Below are positions 36,664 to 46,030 of a stretch of 64,000 bases of DNA, one piece after another (within the stretch, counting starts at the first letter, position 1; each line of letters begins with the position of its first letter). The stretch is from a virus. The position numbers and the translations under genes were made by a program. The notes beneath the pieces were generated by a model. The model saw only the letters and a list, made by a program, of their open reading frames with translations. It did not search any database and had not been told where the DNA came from. The stretch is taken from positions 64,001-128,000 of IMG/VR virus record IMGVR_UViG_3300037485_001282; one strand, 5' to 3'.

Positions 36664-37266
36664 ATGGATCTAGATTTAGAAGAAGCACCTGAAAGTCCCT
36701 ATAATAAGGAACCTAAGCCAAGAGTAAATTCTAAGAAAAAAGGCAATAGATGGGAACTTCAGTTAACGAAGATCCTTGGAGAAATCTTTGGAGATGAGTT
36801 CCGAAGAGTTCCTATGTCTGGTGCCTTTTGTGGTGGAATAAATAGATTTAGAAACCAATCAGTAAATCAAGATGCTAAAAATGCTCTAACAGGTGACTTA
36901 ATAGTTCCTACTTGGTTCCCTTTCTCAGTCGAAGCAAAGAACTATGAAGATTCTCCTAAGATGCATAATCTGTTATCTATAGGAGATAAAGATTTAGATA
37001 AGTGGATCGAACAGGCAAAAGAAGAATCTAAAATGTCCAAAAGAGACTGGATAGTTATTTTTAATATAACATCTAAACGAAGAAGCTTTGTCGCTGTAGA
37101 TTATAAAAAGTTCCTAGAAGTTACTAAAAGTTCCTTGAGTTCCTCTATAGTTTATAAAGATACTATAATATTTGATATGGAAGATTTTCTAAATAAAATG
37201 GCTATATATTACTTTCCAGAAAATTGGCGCGAAATAAGAGACTCCAATAAAATTAAAAATATTTAA
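36664..37266 (+). CDS. Holliday junction resolvase (Hjc-like PD-(D/E)xK)
   Basis: NSKKKGNRWE, FRRVPMSGA, TGDL, SVEAKNY and WIEQA motifs. Confidence 0.85.
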   Translation: MDLDLEEAPESPYNKEPKPRVNSKKKGNRWELQLTKILGEIFGDEFRRVPMSGAFCGGINRFRNQSVNQDAKNALTGDLIVPTWFPFSVEAKNYEDSPKMHNLLSIGDKDLDKWIEQAKEESKMSKRDWIVIFNITSKRRSFVAVDYKKFLEVTKSSLSSSIVYKDTIIFDMEDFLNKMAIYYFPENWREIRDSNKIKNI

Positions 37267-37300
37267 CTCTATTATAAATAATAGTCACTAGGAGCAAAAA

Positions 37301-37942
37301 ATGATTATAAATGATGTTGATTTAAATAAAGCATATGCGCTAATTGAAGCTGCTGAATACGGCACTAAAAAGGTTGAAGTTAAGAAAGACGAAGGAGCTA
37401 AAGATGCTCCTAAGAAATTCGAAGCAGATGCAACTGTTAAGGCTGAGAAAAATAAGAGAGACGAAAAAGCATCTAAAGCTCCTCAGAAGTTCGAAGGAAA
37501 TAAAGATACTGCTGGTGACAAGAAGAACGAAAAAGATAAAGAAGGCGCAAAAGATGCTCCTAAGAAATACGAAACAGTTAAAGAATTTCAACAAAGACTC
37601 AAGGAATCCCTTGGGCTTTTAGATAATCTAAAAAAAACAAGTGAAATAACTGAGACTGCTTTAGTTCCACCAGATAATGGTTCACAAGCTGGACCATATA
37701 AATTTAGAGGAACTTCAGCAAAACCATTTATTAATGCTGTTTTGAGTTATTCATATGAAGGAGCCGAGCCATGTATGGTAGTTGCTAACGTTGCTACTAA
37801 AGAAGGAATGGCTACTTATAAATATAGAGTGTCTTTAAATGAGTTTGTAGAGTATATAAATGGAATTGATTCTGGTGCATTAAATATTGGAAAAGTAATG
37901 GCTGACATCAAAGATAAATTAATTTCCAAAGATTTAGTATAA
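37301..37942 (+). CDS. late K/E-rich repeat protein (probable prohead core/internal protein)
   Basis: Late promoter at 37273; EGAKDAPKKFE-type repeats; LIE/LKE sites. Confidence 0.65.
   Translation: MIINDVDLNKAYALIEAAEYGTKKVEVKKDEGAKDAPKKFEADATVKAEKNKRDEKASKAPQKFEGNKDTAGDKKNEKDKEGAKDAPKKYETVKEFQQRLKESLGLLDNLKKTSEITETALVPPDNGSQAGPYKFRGTSAKPFINAVLSYSYEGAEPCMVVANVATKEGMATYKYRVSLNEFVEYINGIDSGALNIGKVMADIKDKLISKDLV
37391..37573 (+). repeat. coding direct repeats GAAGG.GC.AAAGATGCTCCTAAGAAAT.CGAA
   Basis: Copies at 37391 and 37541, partial copy near 37475. Confidence 0.7.
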
Positions 37943-37967
37943 ATAAATAACGAAGAAGGAATAACCC

Positions 37968-38426
37968 ATGGAAAAAGCAAAAACCCTCGTTGATATTATC
38001 AAAGAACGCCAAGCCCTTAAAGAATCCGAAACGATTAAAGGCGCTACAAATTCTGGTAAATCAACCCTCAAAGACGAAGAAGGTGGTTCCAAGCCAGCAG
38101 AAGGCGCAACTGTTAAACCAGTTACCGCTGGAGATGGCGTAAAGGACGCACCAAAAGATTTCACCCCAAAGAATGGTGACATCGGCAACACCAAATCAGT
38201 TGCCCGTGAAGAAGGCGCTAAAGCAGGCGTAAAGGAAACTGGAGAAGGCGATAAGAACATCGGCAATAAAGCCGCTGTCGAAGGAGCCAAGCCAGTTGAT
38301 CGTAAAGAAGGCGCTGGGGGTGCCCCAAAGGAATTCTTAGCTGATTTCCGTAAGCAAGTCCGTTCAGCCCTCGGTCTCCCTTTAGATTCCGAAAAGAACC
38401 AAGGCAACAAGGGTCTCAACAAGTAA
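37968..38426 (+). CDS. late repeat protein related to 37301 (probable internal protein)
   Basis: Late promoter at 37938; EGA repeats, KDAPKDF, C-terminal FRKQVRSALGL similar to FQQRLKESLGL. Confidence 0.65.
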   Translation: MEKAKTLVDIIKERQALKESETIKGATNSGKSTLKDEEGGSKPAEGATVKPVTAGDGVKDAPKDFTPKNGDIGNTKSVAREEGAKAGVKETGEGDKNIGNKAAVEGAKPVDRKEGAGGAPKEFLADFRKQVRSALGLPLDSEKNQGNKGLNK

Positions 38427-38456
38427 TTTTATAAAAATTGATTTAAAGATTTTTTC

Positions 38457-38492
38457 ACCAACGTCAGTTATTTTAATTGACGTTGGTTTTTT
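38457..38492 (+). terminator. intrinsic terminator
   Basis: ACCAACGTCAGTTA/TAATTGACGTTGGT stem followed by a T run. Confidence 0.8.
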
Positions 38493-38525
38493 GTTTGTTA
38501 TAATGGTCCTCTTCAGGAGACCATT

Positions 38526-39413
38526 ATGAAGAATCTTTTAATAGATATTAGTCCACTTGCTTACAGAACTCTTTTCGCAAATAAAGAAGATTTTAAGATG
38601 CTTGGGGAAAATATTTTAAGACATAATTTACTAGGATCAATTTTTTACTATATTGATAGATTTAAGCCTAATAAAGTTTTTGTTTGCTTCGAATGTGACG
38701 GAAAGAATTGGCGTAAAGAAAAATTCGACTTCTATAAAGCACAACGAAAAGAAGCAAGAGAAAAACAAGATGTTAACTGGGATGAGTTCTATTCGTTCAC
38801 TTCTAGTTTCTATAATGAACTAAAAGAAAATTTTCCTTTCTACGTCCTCAAACACAATAAACTAGAAGCAGATGATATTGTTTCTATTCTAGTAAAGAAG
38901 TTTCTAGGTAACGATAATATAATGATTACCAACGACGGTGACTATAAGCAACTATTAAAGTACCCTGGAGTTAAATTTTTCGATTCTATGAAAGGGGTAT
39001 TTAATGAATGCGACTCACCTAATAAATTCCTAGAAACTAAAATAATAATGGGCGATAGATCAGATAATATCCCACCAATTAGACCAAGATTCGGTGAGAA
39101 AACCGCTGAGAAACTTATAGAATCTGAAGAAATTTATAAGATGCTTAAAGAAGTAGATCCAGATGGAAGCCCATGTGAACTAAAAAGAAACTATGATCGT
39201 AATAAGTTACTAATTGATCTAGAAAATACCCCAAGAGACTTAGTTGAAAGCCTAGAAAATATGGTAGATGAATACCAGCCACCATCAAGTAAATATATGG
39301 TTACTTATTTTAGAACTAAGCGACTCGTAGAACATCTTGGAAATATTTCGAAAATAAGACAAAACTTAGAATCTTTGGTCAGCGAAGAAGCTCAGTTAGA
39401 TTTTGCTTTTTAG
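38526..39413 (+). CDS. rnh: RNase H / 5'-3' exonuclease (T4 Rnh)
   Basis: LLIDIS, NWRK..FYKAQR, EADDI, DGDYKQL, GDRSDNIP and RNKLLIDL motifs. Confidence 0.92.
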   Translation: MKNLLIDISPLAYRTLFANKEDFKMLGENILRHNLLGSIFYYIDRFKPNKVFVCFECDGKNWRKEKFDFYKAQRKEAREKQDVNWDEFYSFTSSFYNELKENFPFYVLKHNKLEADDIVSILVKKFLGNDNIMITNDGDYKQLLKYPGVKFFDSMKGVFNECDSPNKFLETKIIMGDRSDNIPPIRPRFGEKTAEKLIESEEIYKMLKEVDPDGSPCELKRNYDRNKLLIDLENTPRDLVESLENMVDEYQPPSSKYMVTYFRTKRLVEHLGNISKIRQNLESLVSEEAQLDFAF

Positions 39414-39885
39414 CTTCTTTAAAAGATGATCCCTCTAAGTAAATAATCTTAAAATTCCATTTATGTGCCTTACAATAAGCCCTTGCGGCTTCCCATTTGG
39501 CGCTATTGAGAATCCATCGCTCCTGTTGCTCCCTAAGAGTCTTCCGTCGTTTCTTCTCAGTTACGATGGGTGGCTCCGTTTCGTGCTTTGGCTTAATCTC
39601 TATTAACTCAATCCTAGTCCCCGAAGAATCCCTTATCTTACATAGGAAATCTGGATGATATTTCCAGATAGTTCCTGTTAAGGGATTTAAATAGGGAATC
39701 TCTGGTTTCTCCGAAATCCACTCAAGAACATTGGGGGAATTATCAAGGAACTGGGCCATTTTAAATTCCCAATTGCTACGCAGGAAAGGAAGCGTCTTTC
39801 CTTTATATTTCTCTTTGTTTTTAGGAGAGTAGAATCCCTGGTGTAATTTTGATTTTTTATTTGGAGAAAATCTTAGGTTTGACAT
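39379..39885 (-). CDS. gp4: head completion nuclease (gp4, TnsA-like)
   Basis: PKNKEKYKG, RSNWE, IPYLNP, YHPDF, IEIKP and NSAKWEAA motifs. Confidence 0.9.
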   Translation of the reverse strand: MSNLRFSPNKKSKLHQGFYSPKNKEKYKGKTLPFLRSNWEFKMAQFLDNSPNVLEWISEKPEIPYLNPLTGTIWKYHPDFLCKIRDSSGTRIELIEIKPKHETEPPIVTEKKRRKTLREQQERWILNSAKWEAARAYCKAHKWNFKIIYLEGSSFKEAKKQNLTELLR

Positions 39886-39890
39886 ATATT

Positions 39891-39909
39891 TATTTATAAA
39901 TTATAAATA
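39891..39909. promoter_or_regulatory. divergent pair of late promoters
   Basis: TATAAATA on the minus strand (39891-39898) and the plus strand (39902-39909). Confidence 0.75.
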
Positions 39910-39915
39910 GAAGAC

Positions 39916-40614
39916 ATGCGTTCTATCGGAGCAAATGTCTCTTTTAACTTACGTGACCCTAGTGTTCTTACGAACATTAGGGTTTCTTCGTTTATAAATT
40001 CAGCCAACAATGCCAAGGTTGAATTAGATAATAAAAAATATACTAATAATATCTCAGAGGAAATAAGGTCTGGGGAGTTTATTTCTTTTAAACTGAACTC
40101 ACCATTAAAGGAAATTGACCCAACTATAGTAAATACGAGTAGCAAGCAAAATAACTATAACGAAAAGAAACTTATTAATAGATTTGGCATATTTGTTAAA
40201 AGCGAACCTAGAAATAAACAAATTCACTACATTGAACTTAAATTTTACTTAATGAATCAGAAAGACGAAAATAAAAAACTAATAACTCAATCCGAGGGAC
40301 TTAACTTCATAGTTAATCAATATATTCCATTTATGTTCAAAACTATAGATGGACTTCAATATGTACTAGATTTCGAAAAATGGGATATTTTAGGGGAAGG
40401 TATATTAGAACTTAAAAACAACTTCCAATCGTATATGGATATTAATAAGTTACTTCAATCAAAGAACCCAATTCATAAGCACGTTCAAGGATTTTATAGA
40501 AAATTTAATATAAACGACATAAAGCAACTTAAAAAGGTAACTACTATTGACGAGATAAAAGATGAGATGAAAAATATATATGTTTATAATATAGCAGGAC
40601 ATAAAGGAAACTAA
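39916..40614 (+). CDS. late protein, possibly gp2-like DNA end protector
   Basis: GEFISF, EGLNF..YIP and FYRKF..NDI loosely resemble gp2 motifs; adjacent to gp4. Confidence 0.35.
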   Translation: MRSIGANVSFNLRDPSVLTNIRVSSFINSANNAKVELDNKKYTNNISEEIRSGEFISFKLNSPLKEIDPTIVNTSSKQNNYNEKKLINRFGIFVKSEPRNKQIHYIELKFYLMNQKDENKKLITQSEGLNFIVNQYIPFMFKTIDGLQYVLDFEKWDILGEGILELKNNFQSYMDINKLLQSKNPIHKHVQGFYRKFNINDIKQLKKVTTIDEIKDEMKNIYVYNIAGHKGN

Positions 40615-40617
40615 AAA

Positions 40618-42192
40618 ATGGCTTTAAGAAACTTTTTTAATTTTGGAAGAAACACCAGAGGTAAGCAGGTCAGTGACGCTTTCTCCCCCAAAGAAAAGGA
40701 AAATCTTTTCAAGGTCCGTCAAGGAATATTTAATGCACTAGAAAATAATAATGATAACGCAAAAGGGAAAACTGAAAAAGTTGGAATCTCGGATATTCAA
40801 GATTTTTCTGGTATAGGCGATTTTGGCGGAATGATGAATGTTTACTCAAAGTACATTTATCAATCAGAAGCAAATAAACAGCAACGAGTAGAAATTTATA
40901 GAGAAATGTCTAAGTTCCCAGAAATTGCCTTTGCTATAGACGAATATGTAGATGAAGCAGTTAATTTCGATAGTGAAGGTTGTAAATTCTGTACTCTTAA
41001 AATCAATAACGAATATATCAAAAAAGACGAAGAAATGGCAAAAACCATTCAATCAGAGTGGGACCATCTTGTATATGAAATTATGAAAGCAGATGAACAA
41101 GTAGCTAATTGGTTCCGAGAATATCTTATTGATGGCGAAATTGCTTTCGAGAAAATCTTCGATAACGATGAACCAGAAAAGGGAATCACAAAAGTTAAAA
41201 AATTATTAACAACTAGAATCCATCCAATTTGGGAAGATATAGAAACAGACGAAATTCAGTTTTTTGCCTATAAAGGACAATCAGAGTTACTATCATTAAA
41301 TAGACAACAAATAGCCTACGCAAACTCTGGCTTATATAACTTCAACTCAACTGAAGATGATAAAATGGTTCTTAGTATCTTAGAAGCGTCTAAAATATCT
41401 TATAGACGCTTAAAGTTACTAGAAGATGCTTTAGTCATTTATAGAATCGTTAGAGCACCTGAACGTAGAGTATTTAATATAGCTTCTGGTAATCTCCCAA
41501 CACACAAAGCAGAATCATATCTAAAAAATCTAATGACAAAGTATCGTCAGAGAAAATATTATGATCCTAAAACTGGAGACGTTGGTGAAGGCTTAGATCC
41601 AATGGCTATGACGGAAGACTATTGGTTCCTTAAGTATCAAGACGGTAAAGGATCTACAGTAGAAACTTTAGCTGGTGGTGAATCTTTAGGAAAAATAGAA
41701 GACGTTGAATATTTCCTCAAGAAACTCTATAGGGGCTTGAAGATTCCTAAGAGTAGATGGGGTGAAGACGATAAGTTTCAAATTGGTGGTGGTGACGGTG
41801 AAATTACTAGAGAAGAAGGAAAATTTGCTAAAGAAGTAAAACGTTACTGCAAACGATTTATGAATGTTTTTAAAGATACATTTATTACTCACTTGGAACT
41901 AAAAGGAATTTGGGCACAGTTTGGTTTAGAGCGAAAAGATATTCAAGTAAATATGACCAATAATAATTTATTTGATAAATACTTTGAAGCAAAAATAGAA
42001 GAAATTAAATTTAAGAACTTTAGAAACTTCGATGGTCTAATAGACGACGAAGAAGCTATTTTCTCAACGGAAATGATAGTTAAGAAGTATCTTAATGTAT
42101 CTGATGAAGAATGGGATGAGCATATTCAGAAGAGAATGGCTGAGAAAATGGCTAAGGATATATTGAAGAAAGACGAAGAAACCGATAAATAA
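40618..42192 (+). CDS. gp20: portal protein gp20
   Basis: YREM..PE, YLIDG, LEDALVIYRIVRAPERRVF, MTEDYW, ETLAGG and ITREE motifs. Confidence 0.97.
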   Translation: MALRNFFNFGRNTRGKQVSDAFSPKEKENLFKVRQGIFNALENNNDNAKGKTEKVGISDIQDFSGIGDFGGMMNVYSKYIYQSEANKQQRVEIYREMSKFPEIAFAIDEYVDEAVNFDSEGCKFCTLKINNEYIKKDEEMAKTIQSEWDHLVYEIMKADEQVANWFREYLIDGEIAFEKIFDNDEPEKGITKVKKLLTTRIHPIWEDIETDEIQFFAYKGQSELLSLNRQQIAYANSGLYNFNSTEDDKMVLSILEASKISYRRLKLLEDALVIYRIVRAPERRVFNIASGNLPTHKAESYLKNLMTKYRQRKYYDPKTGDVGEGLDPMAMTEDYWFLKYQDGKGSTVETLAGGESLGKIEDVEYFLKKLYRGLKIPKSRWGEDDKFQIGGGDGEITREEGKFAKEVKRYCKRFMNVFKDTFITHLELKGIWAQFGLERKDIQVNMTNNNLFDKYFEAKIEEIKFKNFRNFDGLIDDEEAIFSTEMIVKKYLNVSDEEWDEHIQKRMAEKMAKDILKKDEETDK

Positions 42193-42206
42193 GAAAGAGG
42201 CAATAC

Positions 42207-42626
42207 ATGAAAAATAAGTATAAAGAAAAGTTTAATGAAAGTAATGCTCTCATAAAAACCATTTCTGTTAAAACAGGAATACCAACAAATCAATTGGAAG
42301 GATTTTGGGATTTATCTGTTCAGAAAAACGAAAGTGGAAATAGAGACGAATTTTTTTGGAACAAGGTTATGGAAGACTTTCAGCGTTTAGTAGATCAAGT
42401 AGATATTCAGGAGGCAAAATATACCATGGACAATATTTCACAATACCAAGAACACGCTCACTCGTTTATCAATCATTTAATTGATGATAATCAAGTCGAG
42501 GCACAGAAAGCATTTGAACAAGTAGTTCAGGCTAAACTTTCTGGTATCATAGATGAAAAGAAAGAAAAGTTCTGTAAAGAAATTCTTTCTAAACAAGCAG
42601 AAAAAATTCAACGGGATTCCTTCTAA
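42207..42626 (+). CDS. prohead core protein (gp67-like C-terminal half)
   Basis: FINHLIDDNQVEAQKAFEQVVQAKL pattern; lies between portal and protease. Confidence 0.55.
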   Translation: MKNKYKEKFNESNALIKTISVKTGIPTNQLEGFWDLSVQKNESGNRDEFFWNKVMEDFQRLVDQVDIQEAKYTMDNISQYQEHAHSFINHLIDDNQVEAQKAFEQVVQAKLSGIIDEKKEKFCKEILSKQAEKIQRDSF

Positions 42627-42655
42627 AGTTTATAAATAGATTTTAAAGGATTTTT

Positions 42656-43333
42656 ATGTTAAAACTTATAACAGAAGCATCGTCCCCTAATTACTTTGGT
42701 ATAAAAGATGTAATGATAGTTGAAAATACTACCATGGGCACTAAGGACATGTATATAACTGGTCCTTTTATGCAGAGTAAAGTAAAGAATCGAAATGGTA
42801 GAATCTACGATAAGAGAGTTTTAGAAGAAGCAGTTAAGAGATATGTTGCCGATAGAATGTCAGGCCCGAAACTAAGATCATATGGTGAACTTGGACACCC
42901 AGAAGGAGTAGAAATTAACCCAGAGCGGATTAGTCATATAACTACTGAGTTGACTTGGAATGGCGATGATGTAATTGGAAAGGCTAAATTAGTAGAAACT
43001 ACATATGGGAAAATTGCAATTTCTTTGTTAAGAGCAGATGGTCAGTTGGGTGTGTCTTCTAGAGGATTGGGTGAATTAGTAAAAGAAGTAGTTAACGCCT
43101 TTGAGTTAATCGCTGTAGATATTGTTATAGATCCTTCTGCTCCTGATGGGTTCGTCCAAGGTATTTTAGAGGGTAAAGAATACATAATCGAAGGTGGAAG
43201 CTATACGGAACATTCTATCAATAAAAGCGTTAGAGCGTTTGGAAAATTTGAAAAATCATTAACTACGTTACCTAAAAAAGACGTAAATTCCTATTATTTA
43301 AAGCAAATTGAGAATTTCCTTAAAGAAATTTGA
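42656..43333 (+). CDS. gp21: prohead protease gp21
   Basis: MLKLITE, KNRNGRIY, GELGHP, GVSSRGLG and DIVIDPSAP motifs; late promoter at 42631. Confidence 0.96.
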   Translation: MLKLITEASSPNYFGIKDVMIVENTTMGTKDMYITGPFMQSKVKNRNGRIYDKRVLEEAVKRYVADRMSGPKLRSYGELGHPEGVEINPERISHITTELTWNGDDVIGKAKLVETTYGKIAISLLRADGQLGVSSRGLGELVKEVVNAFELIAVDIVIDPSAPDGFVQGILEGKEYIIEGGSYTEHSINKSVRAFGKFEKSLTTLPKKDVNSYYLKQIENFLKEI

Positions 43334-43373
43334 TCAACTCATTATAAATAATATTCAATCAAAAGGATTAACC

Positions 43374-44432
43374 ATGAGCGACAAAAATATTGCAGATAAA
43401 TTACTCGAATCCACTGACGCTGAATTGCTCTCTCCAGAAACCAAAGAGAAAGTTAATAGCATGATTGAGGCGAAAGTAGAGGCTAGATTAGCCGAAGCAA
43501 CAAAACAGTTAAAAGACAAAGAAAAGAACCTCAAGGCTTGGTTAGAAGAACAAAATAGACAATTGAAAGAAAAAGAAGCTGCATTAGAAGAAGTCGCTGA
43601 ATCATTCGCAAAACAATGTGCAGATGAAATGATCCAAAAAGAAGCGATCATGTTTGAGTCTTTACAGGAACTAAAGCAAAGATCCGAAGAAATTGTCGCT
43701 GAATCTTGTGCTGAATTTAAAAAGAATATTTTAGAAACCACTCTTCAAGAATGCGGAGAATACAAATCAGCAATCGAAGAAGAAACAATAACACATATCT
43801 CGGAATACAAAAAATTGCAAGAGGCGGCTCTTGCTAAAGAAGTTGATAATGCTAAGGCAACTATAGTTGACCGTATGAGTAAGTATTTAGATACTAAAGT
43901 ACAAGACGCTATTCCAGCCAAAGTAATGGAAGCCGCTGTAGAAGTTGCTGCATATAGACCCTTGGTTGAAAGTATGATCAAGACTTTCGCACAAGGTTAT
44001 GTCAAATTTGATTCGACTGGTTATACAGCGATCAAAGAGGCAAAAGCAGAGGCATTAAAACTTTCGGAAAGCGTAACAGCTAAATCGAAAGATAACGTGA
44101 GGTTAGCAGCTAAGGTTAAAGAACTAGAAAGATCGCAGAAAATTCTTTCATTGTGTGAAAGTCTAACTGCAAAACAACGAGTCCAGGCCAAGATACTCTT
44201 AGAGAAAGTCGAAACTGATAATCTCGATGAAGCCTTCAATAAAATGAAGAAAAATCTAATCGAAGAGTCAGTGAGAGTTCAGCCCCAGGCTCAAAAAATT
44301 ACTGAATCTGCTAAAAAGCAATTGGAAAAAATCCAAGAATCAGTAATCGCTCCAGACGCACCAGAAGCTTCAGATGTGTCATCTGAAATCTCTTCATGGG
44401 CAAAAGATCTTAATAGAAATTACGAAAAATAA
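43374..44432 (+). CDS. gp22: prohead scaffold gp22
   Basis: Coiled-coil protein between gp21 and gp23; late promoter at 43343 and AAGGA SD support ATG 43374. Confidence 0.85.
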   Translation: MSDKNIADKLLESTDAELLSPETKEKVNSMIEAKVEARLAEATKQLKDKEKNLKAWLEEQNRQLKEKEAALEEVAESFAKQCADEMIQKEAIMFESLQELKQRSEEIVAESCAEFKKNILETTLQECGEYKSAIEEETITHISEYKKLQEAALAKEVDNAKATIVDRMSKYLDTKVQDAIPAKVMEAAVEVAAYRPLVESMIKTFAQGYVKFDSTGYTAIKEAKAEALKLSESVTAKSKDNVRLAAKVKELERSQKILSLCESLTAKQRVQAKILLEKVETDNLDEAFNKMKKNLIEESVRVQPQAQKITESAKKQLEKIQESVIAPDAPEASDVSSEISSWAKDLNRNYEK

Positions 44433-44481
44433 AATTTCTATTATAAATAGTATTTAACCTTAAAAGGAAAAAGGAAAAATC

Positions 44482-45894
44482 ATGAATCACAAGTTAGCAG
44501 AATCTTTAATCAAAAAGTGGAAACCCATGTTGGGCCACATTCGTTCTAGTCAGAAGCAAGCACACACTGCTGCTCTTCTCGAACAAGAACATCGTTATTT
44601 CAACAACAAGCTCAGCGAAGCTTATGGTGGAGCAACTGTATCTGGTCCTGGTGGGGCTGGTACTCTTGATTCAACCGCAAGTTGCGACGGCACCGCTGGT
44701 ATCGCTCGTTTCAAGCAAATCGCTATGCCTTTAGTTGCTCGCGTGTTCCCAGAACTCGTTACCAACGACTTGGTTGGCGTTCAACCAATGTTTACCCCAG
44801 TTGGTCTTGCTTATGCTCTTCGTTATCGTTATCAAACCACTGCTGGCGGCGCTACTGCTGGTCAGGAAGCTGGTTATAACACCGTTAACGCTCTCTTCTC
44901 AGGTTCAAGTCCTGCTTCAGCAACTGCTCTCCCCACCTCTGGTGATTTAGCAAGTGTAGCTGAATGGGCAACCCGTGTTGATAGTGGTAACATCCAAGGT
45001 GGCGATCAAGCACTTGGCAAGCGCGGTGGATATGATACATTCGTTGGTGAAAAACTTGGCGAATCTTATATTTGTAATGACAGCCCAGATGGCATTCGCT
45101 ACATGGGTCTCTCAGTTGAAGCTCAGGAAATCGTTGCTAAGACCCGTAAATTAGCAGCACGTTGGACTCATGAAGCCCAACAAGATCTCCAGAACATGCA
45201 TCAGATCGACGTTGCACAAGAACTCAGCGACTTGCTTGCTTATGAAGTTGCTGCTGAAATTGATGCCGAAGTCAAGAACAACATCATCGAACTCTCGAAG
45301 CTCGGTGGCGTATTTACTTGGAACTACGGCACCGCTGGTGCAGCTAATGGTTCCGCTGATGGTCGTTGGGAACAAGAAAAATTCCGTACCCTCTACACTG
45401 TATTGTTAAAAGCATCAAATGAAATTGCCGTTGCTACTCGTCGTGGCGCTGGTAACTTCGTCCTCGCATCCCCAGCCGTTGTTGCTGCTCTCGAAGCTCT
45501 CGAAGCTTTCGCCGCATCTTCAGTTGCTACACAGTTGACCACAGAAGTCTCTGGTGTTGCTAAGGTTGGTCAGATTGGTCGTTTCACTGTTTATCGTGAC
45601 CAATTCGCTCGCGTTGACTACGCTGTTGTTGGTTATAAAGGCCCAAGAGACAATGACGCTGGTTTAGTCTATTGTCCTTACGTCCCACTCATGTTCGTTA
45701 ATGCAGTTGGACAAGATAGTTTCAACCCCCGAATTGGCGTTTTGACCCGTTATGGCATCGCTAACAACCTTTTCGGTTCTGAGAATTACTATCGTTATAT
45801 TTTGATTCGTAACTTGGCAAATAGTTCACTCGCACCAAGTGTTCCTTCTTCAACTGGTTTTAGAACTGTAACAGATGGCACCAGCCCATTCTGA
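44482..45894 (+). CDS. gp23: major capsid protein gp23
   Basis: KWKPML, VGVQPM, AKTRKLAARWT.EAQQDL, EIDAE, YCPYVPL and FNPRIGVLTRYG motifs; late promoter at 44442. Confidence 0.97.
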   Translation: MNHKLAESLIKKWKPMLGHIRSSQKQAHTAALLEQEHRYFNNKLSEAYGGATVSGPGGAGTLDSTASCDGTAGIARFKQIAMPLVARVFPELVTNDLVGVQPMFTPVGLAYALRYRYQTTAGGATAGQEAGYNTVNALFSGSSPASATALPTSGDLASVAEWATRVDSGNIQGGDQALGKRGGYDTFVGEKLGESYICNDSPDGIRYMGLSVEAQEIVAKTRKLAARWTHEAQQDLQNMHQIDVAQELSDLLAYEVAAEIDAEVKNNIIELSKLGGVFTWNYGTAGAANGSADGRWEQEKFRTLYTVLLKASNEIAVATRRGAGNFVLASPAVVAALEALEAFAASSVATQLTTEVSGVAKVGQIGRFTVYRDQFARVDYAVVGYKGPRDNDAGLVYCPYVPLMFVNAVGQDSFNPRIGVLTRYGIANNLFGSENYYRYILIRNLANSSLAPSVPSSTGFRTVTDGTSPF

Positions 45895-45916
45895 TTAGTT
45901 TAATATTGTAGTGTTC

Positions 45917-45948
45917 AAAATAAGCCACCGCAAGGTGGCTTATTTTTT
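45917..45948 (+). terminator. intrinsic terminator after gp23
   Basis: AAAATAAGCCACC-GCAA-GGTGGCTTATTTTTT. Confidence 0.9.
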
Positions 45949-45983
45949 GTCTATTTTTATTTTAATCGTTAAAAATAAATCCA

Positions 45984-46011
45984 TTGACTTTCGTCTTTTT
46001 AGGTTTATAAT
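45984..46011 (+). promoter_or_regulatory. sigma70-type promoter for the endonuclease after gp23
   Basis: TTGACT, 16-nt spacer, TATAAT. Confidence 0.7.
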
Positions 46012-46030
46012 TTGGCTTAAGGAAAATTTT

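Noticed and set aside
37340-38422. Antisense and alternate-frame ORFs (37340-37594, 37344-37622, 37934-38422) and similar ones inside gp22, gp23, gp18, tnpB and the tape measure
   Set aside because: They lie within confidently assigned genes, lack SDs and reflect codon bias of the sense strand.
45911-46030. N-terminal extension of the endonuclease given by the ORF track
   Set aside because: It spans the gp23 terminator and a promoter; the SD supports ATG 46031.
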